NCBI GenBank assembly: GCA_963806535.1 | Contig: CAWDYC010000004.1 | Span: 480,001 to 544,000 of the forward strand | Reading direction: 5' to 3' | DNA from: Candidatus Bathyarchaeota archaeon | GTDB lineage: Archaea > Thermoproteota > Bathyarchaeia > Bathyarchaeales > Bathycorpusculaceae | Length of the DNA stretch: 64,000 nucleotides | Part shown: piece by piece, positions 53,847 through 64,000 of the stretch | How the letters are laid out: the number at the start of each line of letters is the position of its first letter | Numbering within the stretch: the stretch's first letter is position 1 | Program-made: the position numbers and the translations under genes | Notes under the pieces: model-generated | What the model was told of the DNA's origin: nothing | Seen by the model: the letters and a program-made list of their open reading frames with translations, nothing else | Databases searched by the model: none

Positions 53847-54507
53847 ATGGTACTTCCATCAGAAACAGAAGAACGCGTTAAGAGACGAGCTTTAAACGCT
53901 TGCAACGATAACCTGCGCAAAGTCGTAGATGTATCCAGAAAAATCCCTCAACTTGTTGAGTATTTTGCAAGCGGAGATAAAGAAAACGCAAGAAAACTCT
54001 TAAGCGAAATCAGAACAGGTGAAGAAGAAGTTGTCAAGGCAAGACGCATGGTTTCTCAAGAACTAGCTGAAATAGGCGCTATTCTGATTGCCCGAGAAGA
54101 CTTTTTACGATTCACGAATTTGTCAAGTGAAATAGCTGATTTCTCAGAAGGAATAGCTTACTACATAGTTGAAATAATGGAGCATAACTGGGTTATTTCA
54201 TCTGATGTCAAAAAAGACTTGCTTAAACTTTCCGTGGCTGTCTTAGACACCGTTCTGAAACTCAGAGAAACCATGATGGTTCTAAACTATGGCTCACAAA
54301 AAACCTTAGAAAAAGCAAAAGACGTTGAAATCGCTGAGCGCATAGTAGACGACCAGTACCGAGCATTAACTATAAAAGTTCTCAACGGCAAACTTGACGT
54401 TTCAGTTCTGCTGCTTCTTAAGAGATATCCTTCAATTGCTTGAAAACTCCGCTGACAAAGCAGAAGACGCAGCTGACGCCGCACGAATGCTGTCGTTCAT
54501 CATGTAA
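53847..54507 (+). CDS. DUF47/PhoU-like protein (frameshift near the 3' end)
   Basis: REDFL, E.AERIVD..YR, reframed LENSADKAEDAAD. Confidence 0.8.
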
Positions 54508-54518
54508 GAGCGACTTCC

Positions 54519-55073
54519 ATGCCAAAAATACAGGTAGAACTCATAGAAAACTTTCTTGTTGTGTGGGATTCCGCTGAAGGTTCACAACTCTACAAAGCAG
54601 GGTATTATGGTAAACCCCTTGGCATTTCAAAACCAAAAATCCCAGAGTTCGATGCCCCATTAATTTTGGATTTGATGGAAGGCTTATACCTTGTCGAAAA
54701 CAAAAAAATAGAAATCTACGAAAATCCCGACATGAACAAGGTTAGCCTCAAAAAGCTAAAGCAGAAAGCTAAGCAGTTGTACGATGAGTTTGAAGAAAAA
54801 TACGCTGTTTACCATGACCTAAGAGACAGCGCCTTAATTGTTACTCCTGGAATAAAGTTTGGCTGCGACTTCGCCGTTTACAAGTACGGTCCAGGCGTTG
54901 AACATGCTCCCTACATGGTTTCGGTTAAAAAATCAGGCTCAGACATTTCAGCCACTGAGATTGTGAAGGCTGGACGTTTAGCTACAACGGTTCGTAAACG
55001 TTTTATTATTGCTGTGCCTGATTTGGGTTCAAATAAAGTGAAGTATTTGATTTTCAAGTGGTTTAAGGCTTAG
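54519..55073 (+). CDS. endA: tRNA-intron endonuclease (catalytic subunit)
   Basis: LMEGLYL, Y.VY.DLR, GIKFGCDFAVY, GPG.EHA, RLATTVRK (Y/H/K triad). Confidence 0.92.
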   Translation: MPKIQVELIENFLVVWDSAEGSQLYKAGYYGKPLGISKPKIPEFDAPLILDLMEGLYLVENKKIEIYENPDMNKVSLKKLKQKAKQLYDEFEEKYAVYHDLRDSALIVTPGIKFGCDFAVYKYGPGVEHAPYMVSVKKSGSDISATEIVKAGRLATTVRKRFIIAVPDLGSNKVKYLIFKWFKA

Positions 55074-56371
55074 TTTGCTATTATTGTTTGGTTTTGGAAT
55101 TCTCCTCGAATGGTTTGATGCGGATAAATTTTTGATGCTGAAAGCATGCAGCCTTCTTCAAGTTTAACGTCGTCTGCAACTACTGAGACAGCGGTTATTT
55201 TTGTTGGTTTACGCTGGCTTGAATTAACAACAACGTGTCTTCCGATTATGCTGTCGTGCACTTCAGCGCATTCTCCAATAATTACCCTGTCCATTACTGC
55301 AGAGTTAGTTACCACTGCGTTTTTGCCAATTCTTGTAAAGTTGTCAATGCATGAATCAACTATTCTTGCGCCATCTTCAATTTGACAGTGTCTACCAATC
55401 AAAACAGCGCCTTCAAGGGTAATTTTCTTTTGTTTTATTTTTTGGATAATTTCTTGGCGGCGTTTTTCTGAGTCGTTGCTTTCTCCTTGCACCCAAATTG
55501 GGCTTCCTTCTTTTAGTCTATCGCCGAAATCATTGAGTGCGCAGAAGTTGCCATTTAGACAGGTTTTTCATGGCGGCTAAGTAGTTTTTGGGTGTGCCTA
55601 CATCAAACCAGTTGCCTTTTAATGTGTAACCGTAAACTGGGCGTCCGACTTTGAATTACATATGGAATGAAGTCGTAGCCGAAATCTAACCTGTTTTTTT
55701 CTTTAATTATTTGTTGGATGCCTTTTTCCTTGAAAATCTTTCTTATTTCAGGTGACAACACATACAAGCCTGTGTTTGCAAGGTTGCTGGGAGCATCTTT
55801 CGGCAAAGGCTTCTCAACAAATCGTTTAATGCAACCATTCTTATCAATGTCGGCTATACCTAAGCCTTCTACGTTTTCAACTTCTCGCAGCACGATTGTT
55901 AAGGCAGCGCATTTTTCTTTATGATAATCAATTAGGCTTTTGACTTTGATGTCAAATATGTTGTCGCCTTGCACTGCAAAAACTGGGTTGTTAAGTTCAT
56001 AATACTCCATGTTTATTCTTGCTGAATCAGCGCTTCCTAAATCTTCCACGTTAGGTTGATATTTTATGTGGATGCGTGGTTTTATGTTGTATCGTGCTGA
56101 GAATCCATAGCCTGATTCAAAGTAATCATAGAGGTCTCGGTAGTTAGTGTAGCCTTTTACTCCGAAGATAAAGTTGCGTATGCCTTGGCTTGCCAGCGAC
56201 AAAAGCGAAAACTCCACAAGCGGCCTGTTTAGTCAAACGTAGGCAGGCTTTGCTTGTTTCAGCCGTCAGGGGCAGGAGGCGTGTTGCTTTTCCGCCTACA
56301 GGAATGATTACTCTTATTTTTTCAGGCGCATAGTTATCTCCGACCAGAGGCGCGTAATTGTCGCTCAACAT
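55070..56371 (-). CDS. Sugar-phosphate nucleotidyltransferase (NDP-sugar synthase) with a C-terminal hexapeptide LbH, frameshifted
   Basis: IPVGGKATRLLPLT..SK, QGDN, FVEKP, NTGLY, W.DVGTP, left-handed beta-helix repeats. Confidence 0.85.
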
Positions 56372-56717
56372 CTCACCAGCAATTAATTGTTATGAAAGAT
56401 ACTTTATGTTAAAACCTTTTAAACCTGTTTCTTAGTAGAACTAAATTTGCTAAGTAATCTGCTAGCACATTTTAGACATAAGAAACCTATGGCAGCGATG
56501 CTTAGTCTCTTATCAGAAACGTACAAATCAAAGGTTGGAAGAGCCGGCAATTCTAAATCAATAAATCAATAAGTGTTATTAAAATGGCTCATAAGAAATT
56601 TCGCGGATTTAGACTTTAACAACACCTGATAGTTTTGCTAACTTTCATAAGGAACGCAAATTAGTAGAAGCTTTTATAGGATATGCCGATGAAACTTAAT
56701 CAAAACGGTTAGATAAT

Positions 56718-57569
56718 ATGAACAAGCTTGGCGGCTTTATCCGGTTAATGCGACCAGTCAACTGTGCAATGATGGGCTTAGCCGTTTTCGTCGGCGCACT
56801 TTTGGCAGTTTCCCAACCCTTCCAAGGCGCCTGGCTAAACATTGTCTTTGGCTTTTTCACAGGTTTTCTTCTGTGCGCCGCCGCCATGACAATAAACGAT
56901 TATTACGACAGAAGAATTGATGCAGTAAATGAGCCAACACGCCCAATTCCAAGCGGTTTAGTCAGCGCCAGAGAAGCTTTAGCGTTTGTCGCTGTGCTCA
57001 CTGTGGTTGGCTTAGTTTTGGCTTACTTCTCAAGTGTTCTGTGTCTTCTTGTGGCGGCAGCAGCGTGGGTTATAACAGTAAGTTATGTTACTGTGGGAAA
57101 ACGAAGTGGGTTGCCGGGCAATTTTTTAGTCAGCATATGCGTCGCTATTCCTTTTATTTACGGAAGCATCGCAATCACAGGCGGTTTGCAGCTTAACGTT
57201 TTGCTTTTTGCCTTGATGGCTTTCTTGGCGAATACGGGCAGAGAAATCACTAAAGGAATCGTTGATGTTAAAGGCGACAGTGCCGAAGGCATCAAGACTC
57301 TGGCAGTGCGGTTTGGCGAAAAAAACGCTGCAATTGTTGCTGCAGTTTTTTATGTTTCTGCCGTTGCTTTGACGCCTGTTACATGGTTATTGCATCTTGT
57401 AGGCATTTGGTTTATCCCATTTGTTTTGGTAACTAATATTGGACTTGTCGGGTCCTCTGTGCTTTTACTTAGGGATTATTCGCGTGAGAATTCTCGGCGG
57501 ATTAAAAAATATGTTCTTTTATGGTTTATCTTCGGTTTGTTAGCCTACATTTTTGGCAGTTTCAAATAA
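56718..57569 (+). CDS. UbiA-family prenyltransferase, likely digeranylgeranylglyceryl phosphate synthase
   Basis: RPVN, NDYYDRRIDAVNEPTRPIPSG, GN..VS, REITKGIVDVKGD..G.KTL. Confidence 0.87.
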   Translation: MNKLGGFIRLMRPVNCAMMGLAVFVGALLAVSQPFQGAWLNIVFGFFTGFLLCAAAMTINDYYDRRIDAVNEPTRPIPSGLVSAREALAFVAVLTVVGLVLAYFSSVLCLLVAAAAWVITVSYVTVGKRSGLPGNFLVSICVAIPFIYGSIAITGGLQLNVLLFALMAFLANTGREITKGIVDVKGDSAEGIKTLAVRFGEKNAAIVAAVFYVSAVALTPVTWLLHLVGIWFIPFVLVTNIGLVGSSVLLLRDYSRENSRRIKKYVLLWFIFGLLAYIFGSFK

Positions 57570-57659
57570 AAACAAGACATTTACTTTTCACGTATATATC
57601 AGCATGTTAGCAACCATTAAAAGCCCATATCGCTGAATCACCATGTAGAGGATGTTAAC

Positions 57660-58310
57660 ATGTCTGAACGATTTGCTAAAAAATGGGAAGCAAAAAGAGA
57701 AGAAGAATCAATCGGTAAAACAATACATGACACAATTCAGCCACCGCCACCACTAAAAACAGCCTTAGACTTAGCTGTACGAAAACTTGACTTGCAAATC
57801 AACAAGCTCGACCAAGCCAATGAACGCTTTACACAGAAAGACAAAACATTGTTTTCTAAACTGGTACAGGCATACACAAATCATGATTCAGCACACGCCA
57901 ACATTTACGCTACTGAACTAGCTGAAATCCGCAAAATGACAAAGCTAATTATGAATGCAAGACTTGCACTCGATCAAGTGTCGCTCAGAATAAGGACAGT
58001 TTCAGAGCTCGGCGACGTAGTTGCCGCATTGGGACCATGCGTTGGAGTACTGCGCAGTGTCAGCTGTGGACTTGGCGGAGTGTTACCTGAAGCAGAAGGC
58101 GAATTAAGCGACATCGGAAACATGCTAAGCGGTTTAATGTTTGAAGCAGGAACAAGCAGCGGAATGTCACTAAACTTCAATACGTGCAACGAAGATGCTG
58201 AAAAAATCTTAGCTGAAGCAGCAACAGTAGCAGAACAAAGAGTCAACTCGAACTTTCCCGATTTGCCACCTGGAATGTCAACTGGCACAGCAAGCAAAAC
58301 ACAAACTTAA
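57660..58310 (+). CDS. ESCRT-III / Snf7 family protein (CdvB paralog)
   Basis: A.IYA.ELAEIRK, ALDQV.LR..T..ELGD, EDAEKILAEAA.VAE..FPDLP. Confidence 0.88.
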   Translation: MSERFAKKWEAKREEESIGKTIHDTIQPPPPLKTALDLAVRKLDLQINKLDQANERFTQKDKTLFSKLVQAYTNHDSAHANIYATELAEIRKMTKLIMNARLALDQVSLRIRTVSELGDVVAALGPCVGVLRSVSCGLGGVLPEAEGELSDIGNMLSGLMFEAGTSSGMSLNFNTCNEDAEKILAEAATVAEQRVNSNFPDLPPGMSTGTASKTQT

Positions 58311-58339
58311 GGCAAACTAAACGTTTCTTCTCTTTGCCA

Positions 58340-58360
58340 CTCTTTTTTCTTTTTTTTTGT
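58340..58360 (+). terminator. Oligo-T terminator after Snf7
   Basis: T6 and T9 runs downstream of the stop codon. Confidence 0.5.
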
Positions 58361-58476
58361 CAGCTTAATTTGGATTTTCTGAATTAGATTTCAACAACCT
58401 TGATTGGATATAGATCACGATTTTTCAAAGCAAGAGTTATATCGACAACAAGCAGCTAAAGCTGTGATGAGAAGTC

Positions 58477-58608
58477 ATGCCTAAGGCGCCTCTTTGTCCT
58501 TCATGCTACGTTGAAATGAAACCCAAATGCAACAGTCAAAAAATAATAATTTATCATGAATGCCCCAAATGTGGGACCCGGATTTTATTTACTCATTCAG
58601 GACACTAA
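58477..58608 (+). CDS. 43-aa CPxCG-type zinc-finger microprotein (unannotated)
   Basis: MPKAPLCPSCYVEMKPKCNSQKIIIYHECPKCGTRILFTHSGH; TTATA-like box about 40 bp upstream. Confidence 0.65.
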   Translation: MPKAPLCPSCYVEMKPKCNSQKIIIYHECPKCGTRILFTHSGH

Positions 58609-59222
58609 GACGAAGTCGTCAAATCCAGAGCAATTCGTATTCCTTCCAACATCACTGATGCAAGCGTTGGGGTTAGCCAATCAGCGTTTTTCTTTAGCCA
58701 CTCCCAATCCTTCTGTATCGATCTTAAATCTGCTTTTCTGGTTTTCAGAATTTCTTTTTCCAGCGAGTTCAATTGTTTCTCTATTTTTCCCTTTTCCCCT
58801 GCAGAGATGTTGGCGGCGAGAACTTGGTCGCTGGCTTGCTTGAACGCATCTGTTACCTGCTCACTAAAACTAAGCTTGTGTTGTAACTTATTGAAAGTTT
58901 TGTCATCTTCTTCCGATGTAATTCGGCTGGTCGGGGTTTGAGTAAAAGAGAACTTATCTGCATGGCGTTCTTTATTTTCAATGACGTCAATTCCATCGGC
59001 TGTAATCTTGGCAAATGTCCATTTATCGCTATCAGTTCCAGCAAGTTCAACAAGATTTCTCTCTACCAAATAAGAAATATTGTCATCCATTTGTTTTGAT
59101 GATATTTGAAGAGTAGCCTGTATTATGGCTCTGTCAACGCCAAGACTTGCTTGGTCATCGTTAACGCGTTCATATAGCATTTCTAAAATGTCAATAAGCA
59201 CTTGGTTATCCGATGCAGACAT
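58605..59222 (-). CDS. Hypothetical protein: N-terminal winged helix plus C-terminal helical domain
   Basis: YLVERNLV...AKITADGIDVIE wHTH-like end; amphipathic C-terminal helices. Confidence 0.65.
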   Translation of the reverse strand: MSASDNQVLIDILEMLYERVNDDQASLGVDRAIIQATLQISSKQMDDNISYLVERNLVELAGTDSDKWTFAKITADGIDVIENKERHADKFSFTQTPTSRITSEEDDKTFNKLQHKLSFSEQVTDAFKQASDQVLAANISAGEKGKIEKQLNSLEKEILKTRKADLRSIQKDWEWLKKNADWLTPTLASVMLEGIRIALDLTTSS

Positions 59223-59339
59223 CGATATTCATCCCTCTTAGCGCTTTGTTAGTTGTTCGCTTAAGATTTAATATTTGTGGAAAAGATAAGCAACCAATAG
59301 CTCATGGGAGTTCAAGCTGTTTAAAAGGAAAAGTTATGT

Positions 59340-59352
59340 GAACGTACTGTTC
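59340..59352. promoter_or_regulatory. GAAC-N5-GTTC operator candidate, copy 1
   Basis: Upstream of the TATA-like CTTATAT of the wHTH gene; a matching copy lies at 59864. Confidence 0.5.
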
Positions 59353-59410
59353 TAATGATTGGACTTATATGTTCCTTGCAATGTTTTATGTGCTTTGAGG
59401 GTTCAACCGG

Positions 59411-59857
59411 TTGAATGGTCGCGACGAAACAGAACTCGAATATGCATTGCGAGGGAAAGCATGGAGAGTTTACTGGTTCCTCCTAAAAAAAGGCGAGCCA
59501 GTTGGAGTCCGAGAGGTTCAACGTGCCCTCCATTTCAGCAGCCCCAGCATCGCTTTTCATCACCTTGAGCAATTACGCGAGTTAGGCTTGGTTCAGAAAC
59601 AGGAAATTGGCGGCCATTACTCATTGGTCGGTGAAGTGAAAATTGGGGTCCTACGTCATTACGTTAAATTGGGTAAATTGCTTTTTCCACGATATTTCTT
59701 CTACGCATTGTTCTCCACAATATTTTACGCACTGTACTTGGTTGTTTTATTTAGCAGTTTCACGCGTGATAATTTATTCATTTTATCATTTGGAGCAATC
59801 GTTTGCGCAATATTCTGGTATGAGGCTTATCGTGTATGGACGATGAGGCCATTCTAA
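59411..59857 (+). CDS. Winged-helix regulator with two C-terminal TM helices
   Basis: VGVREVQRALHFSSPS.A.HHLE.L..LGLV; PRY.FY followed by two TMs. Confidence 0.82.
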   Translation: MNGRDETELEYALRGKAWRVYWFLLKKGEPVGVREVQRALHFSSPSIAFHHLEQLRELGLVQKQEIGGHYSLVGEVKIGVLRHYVKLGKLLFPRYFFYALFSTIFYALYLVVLFSSFTRDNLFILSFGAIVCAIFWYEAYRVWTMRPF

Positions 59858-59863
59858 ATGTTA

Positions 59864-59876
59864 GAACAGCTTGTTC
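59864..59876. promoter_or_regulatory. GAAC-N5-GTTC operator candidate, copy 2
   Basis: Upstream of the beta-propeller gene. Confidence 0.5.
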
Positions 59877-59927
59877 GAAGGCTTAGGATAAAATAAAAAC
59901 TTGAGTCAACATATCCATGGAGAAAGA

Positions 59928-60823
59928 GTGTATAGTTCAGAAAGAAATAAAGAAGAAAATGAAAATTTACGGAACTGTAGCAGTTGTTTAAGCATTAGTT
60001 CTTGTTTCCATGATTTACGTTATTGGTACAACGTCATTAGTTTATCCGCCGAATCAATCGCCTTTTGTCTCTGGCATGAAAACTTTCTCTTCACTAGATG
60101 AGCTGAAAAACTACGTGAATAATACCTCTCAAGAACGTGGCACGTTTGCTGGAGGACCTTTAGACTCTCAATATTTCGGTTCAAACTCTCCAACCCCCTA
60201 GGCTGTACCGTCTGCAATGTCGCCTTCCGCTGTCAACGCTCAAAATTCACTCAATTATTATTGGACATTGCCAAGTGACAGCCATTCAACTAATAATGTT
60301 CAAGTCTCAGGGGTTGATGAAGCGGACACAGCAAAAATAGATGGTCAATACATCTACACAATTTCATCTACTCAAAACGCGGGTGTGCTTTATTGGAAAG
60401 CATATGGGTACGGATCTGGAAGCGACAATTCAGTATACATTGTAAATGCTGACCCTCAAAATCCACAGGTCGTATTAAAAATATCTTTGGGGAATGACAC
60501 TGAACCAGCTGGACTATTTCTAAGCTCAAACGGAAGTAAACTTGTAGTTTTAGCAAGTAAATATCAAACTTATAATTATGGGAGGTGTCATGGTGCCGCG
60601 TTCTGTAGGTGTTGCAATGCCCATGATACTTGCTTACCAGGCTGATGTTTTCACATCCATTAACGTTTACGATGAATCGAACAAGGCTAGCCCTGTGTTG
60701 ACCAGAAACTTCACTGTCAGCGAAAGTTATCATAACAGCCAAAACAACTCGATAACCGTTCACTCTATATTGGCAACATACTATACACAATCTCAAACGC
60801 TGAAATCAAACTTAACAGCCTAA
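59928..60823 (+). pseudogene. Truncated secreted beta-propeller protein (Beta_propel/COG4880-like)
   Basis: KTFSS.DELKNY, HSTNNVQVSGVDEADTAKIDGQYIY, GLFL; in-frame TAG at 60199, a frameshift, and homology apparently lost after about 60740. Confidence 0.7.
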
Positions 60824-60897
60824 CAGACCTTCGCAAATAACAGAAATCTACCTAAGCTAAAATTTCTACATTATTTCTTTCTTTTTGTTGCGTAAGT

Positions 60898-63800
60898 TTA
60901 ATTCTCTTTATTATCTTTAGCGTAAACTTCAACTCTAACTTCTTGAGATGATTTTCCCAGAAGATCTGTTAGAGAGCCTTTCCATTTGGGGTTAGAGTTT
61001 GCCGTAAAGCCTACAGTTTGTGCTATGCCTCTCCACAGCAAGGCTTTATCATAGTCTTTGGCGTCTTGTGGCATAAACTCAAAAATCGATCGGCTTGCAA
61101 TGATTACAAGTTTCTTTTTCATTCGGGAAATGGCGACGTTTATTCTGTTTAGATTAAGCAGGAAGTCACTTTCTGAACGAACATAATCAGGATCGCTCAC
61201 TGTCGAAGAAATGATTATGCAGTCACCTTCGCCACCTTGGTAACGCTCCACAGTGTCAACCCGCACATTTTCGTAGCCGTCAAGCAGCAAATTCTTCACC
61301 ACACCCCTTTGAGCATTATGTGGTGTAACAATTCCCACACCTTCTGACTTTACATTGCGGACAAGAGCATCAACAATTTTTGCCTCTACCAAATTTGATT
61401 GAAAACTTTCTATCTCATCATGAACAATCAAAACAAAAATGTTGTTAGGCTCCAAAACAACTTTCAAACCCTCTGTTGGAGGCATCACAGGCGTTAGAGT
61501 TTGTGTTTGGTCAGAGCGAAAATCAATCCCATCTTTGTGGTATACCCAATCTTTTAGAAACTTTGCAACAACTTGGTGGCATCGATGTGTTTCGCTTAAG
61601 CGTTCTGTTGGAATATCGGCTTTGTGCAACGCTTTAACGTGTTCAATCCCAAGGTCTTCTTGTCGTAGTAAACGAAGGAAATCCATAGCCGAAAGAAATG
61701 AAGCCATTTCTTCAATGGTGCGCCTATCCTCTTTTTCCCAATTATGCGCTTGAATTGGAGGTAACTGTCTATGGTCACCAGCCACCATAATTTGAGCGTT
61801 CTTATCAACAAAGGCGCCTGAAAGAATCAATTCGGGAAGCCGCATCATGCTTGCCTCGTCAACAACTAGTAAGTCAAAGAAGCCTTCGTTCCAGGCTGGT
61901 TCTTTGCCTCCGATTTTCTTCATGAGACCATATAACCCGGGCGGCGTTACACATAAAACCAAAGGAAACCCATCTGCTGAATTTGGAAACCAGCTTGTTT
62001 TGGCTTGACAGCGCATCTTTTAATTCCGTAACTATTTCTTCATCTTCGTTGTAGTTTACGTATTGTACGCCATCAATTGCTTTTGATGAAGAAACATGGT
62101 TGTTTAGAACTCTATAAATTCGTAAGGTCGGCTAAGTCTTTGTTTCCTTCTTTGCAATAGGTTCGCCAAGACTTTGCTAGTTTGGTAACAAATTCATGAA
62201 TTGCTTTATGTGTAGGCGCAACCATCAAAACACGACACTTGCAGACTGCTTTATGGGCTGCAATATGAGCGAGAACCGCTAATTGCAAGGTTTCAGTTTT
62301 TCCTGTGCCTGGTGGACCTTGAAGCATAACAACTTGTTCCTTACCAAAAACCCGGTCAATGAAACGGCTTTGCTCCGGTTTAGGTGGAAGCCTCTTGTTT
62401 TCAGCCCACCCCAAGAACGCCCTCGCTTTTTCCTTAGACTAATGCAGTGCGCTGTGAAGGTTTGTTTGTTCCTGCCAAAAAACCAGCCAGCAAGCAATAC
62501 AGTTCATTGTCGGCTGCGTAGTCAAGGCATTTTGCTGCCCGCTCCGAAATAATATCATCTGCTAAATTATCTAAGATGTATTTGCGTCCCGCTTCAAAAA
62601 GTTGCATGTGTTTACTATTGGTGGCTTTTTCTTTGTCTGTGGTTGGAAGATCATGCCAAGTGCTGTATCGTCTACTTTTGCCGCTGGGCCAACTGACCAC
62701 TTTGAGGGTTATCTCCATTTTTCGTAAATCGACTTTTTCAACTATAACGCGGGCAGATTTTTCTACATGTGACGGTGCCCTTTGGTTTGATTTCCTCAAA
62801 CTGTCCTTGATCATTTAATCTGATTTCGGTGGCAACCATCCAGTCGCCAGAGCCAGAATCGTCAGATCCTTTGACTCTGCATGCATTAACCATGCACTCG
62901 GACTTTGGTAACCCAAGCCCATCATAAATTAGCTTGCCCGTAACCACAAAATCATGATCAAATTCTTCAGCGCTTAAACATTCAAAAATCAATGATCTGC
63001 CTGAGGCTACCCGTTGACATGGAAGCAGAGCATAATGTTGAAACATTTCTTGTCGCTTGGCAAAATATTCCAGGTCTAAGAATTCACGGCAGCTTCTCTC
63101 AAGAGTTGAGCATCCTAAAGTGAACTCGGTGATTTTTGGAATGTTTATTGGTTTTTTGCCTAATCTGCGATTGCGTATAGAAAGCGAGCGTTCGATGCAT
63201 TCAAGAGCCAAACAAATCTTTTCGGCCAAAAGCATCAAGTCTTCTTCAGTGATTTTTCGCGTTTTATGTGGGTAATCGCACCATAAACGCTTCTCAACCA
63301 TTATTTTCTCGTGGCCGTCCACTTGGCTTGATGTCAAGTCTTCCTTTGGCGCCCCAGACATACTCGATTGGAATCTGGTTTCCAAAACGTGCCCTTGCGG
63401 GATAATACCCTTCTTTGAGCCTCGCATCGTCAGAACCAAGTATGAATGAAATTGAACCAGAAGGGCTTCGTGTGTATGGCAGTTCAAAGTTAAAGAAGCC
63501 ATCTCGGAAAGCCTGTCGCAGGTCTAACCGTGAGCCATCTTTGCGGTTAACTGTCCATTGGTTAGAATCGAAGTAGCAGCATTGTTTGAGAACAGGCAAA
63601 ATCCCCGTACTGTGGTACCCAACTGCTTTTCTCAGCATGATTTCGTCTTGAAGGATGGAGAACATGGGTTGGTCAATTGCTTGCCTCAGACCCAGAAGGT
63701 CTTGCATTGCATGAGCAGACGTCATATAAAGTGAGTGACGACGTACAGCTTCCATTAAGTGGTCTCGTTCTTGCCTAGTGTAGAAGTAAAGGTGAATTGG

Positions 63801-64000
63801 CGCCTCATCGGGGCTTCCAACTTCAATCGCGATGCCATTAATGGCATTAGTAAGCTCGTGTAAAGAACGCTTCCAGAAGATTTTTTTCTTCTTCTATGCA
63901 TTCTTTCTGTTCCTTAGGCAAGACGTTAACAATTTTTGAAATAGTAATCGATTTTCCATGATATCTTGTGCAGCTTACTCTGGCGCTAATCATGGAAATA
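60898..64000 (-). CDS. Large SF1 (Upf1/Dna2-like) helicase with an extended N-terminal region, possibly a nuclease fusion; 5'-partial, multiply frameshifted
   Basis: QGPPGTGKT, APTHKA, VVDEAS, GDHRQLPP, TPHNAQ, TVERYQG.E.D, NRINVAISR. Confidence 0.85.

Noticed and set aside
60199-60201. In-frame TAG (also at 4489-4491) as pyrrolysine or amber recoding
   Set aside because: TAG is the ordinary terminator of many full-length genes here (asnA, cbiB, tatA, malic enzyme, endA), no pyl genes are visible, and the affected gene is also truncated
983-63275. Many 60-150 aa ORFs in the track overlapping real genes (e.g. 983-1330, 15544-15894 tail, 22063-22500, 36195-36593, 58556-58843)
   Set aside because: They are antisense or off-frame shadows of well-supported genes, with no motifs of their own
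12859-64000. Widespread frameshifts read as programmed frameshifting or genome decay
   Set aside because: They hit essential genes (glyS, GGR, ribK), are single-base indels without a common slippery motif, and leave motifs intact, so they are best explained as long-read consensus errors
1-64000. tRNA, rRNA, IS elements, integrases
   Set aside because: No T-loop/cloverleaf, rRNA-like segment, transposase or recombinase motif was recognised by eye; a tRNAscan/Infernal run is still advisable

Overview
Archaeal chromosomal DNA, low-to-moderate GC. The gene content (ESCRT-III/Snf7, single-OB SSB, Dph5, CTP-dependent riboflavin kinase, DGGGP synthase, many TTG/GTG starts, numerous NosD/PQQ/Ig-like surface proteins) suggests a TACK archaeon, probably Bathyarchaeia; this placement is an inference. 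Housekeeping genes include mre11-rad50, rpsJ, GGR, asnA, GTP-PEPCK, htpX, ribK/ribL, dph5, cobD-cbiB, apgM, tatA/tatC, ssb, malic enzyme, glyS and endA. They are interspersed with secreted or anchored surface proteins carrying PEF/PFP-type C-terminal sorting tails. About 20 genes, including essential ones, are broken by single-base frameshifts that look like long-read indel errors, so several genes had to be rebuilt by hand. The best candidate for a new system is at 44.3-47.1 kb and is largely hidden from the ORF track. It has a secreted protein ending in a dockerin-like domain, transcribed divergently from a membrane-spanning sensor-HTH regulator and a cohesin-like protein with a PEF-type anchor, with a 10-bp-phased repeat array in the shared promoter. 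Other notable items are two more 10-bp-phased intergenic arrays, several candidate palindromic operators, unannotated microproteins, a TatC with a zinc ribbon, an SSB with an RGG tail, and a large partial SF1 helicase/nuclease at the right edge. No tRNA, rRNA, CRISPR array or transposase was recognised.
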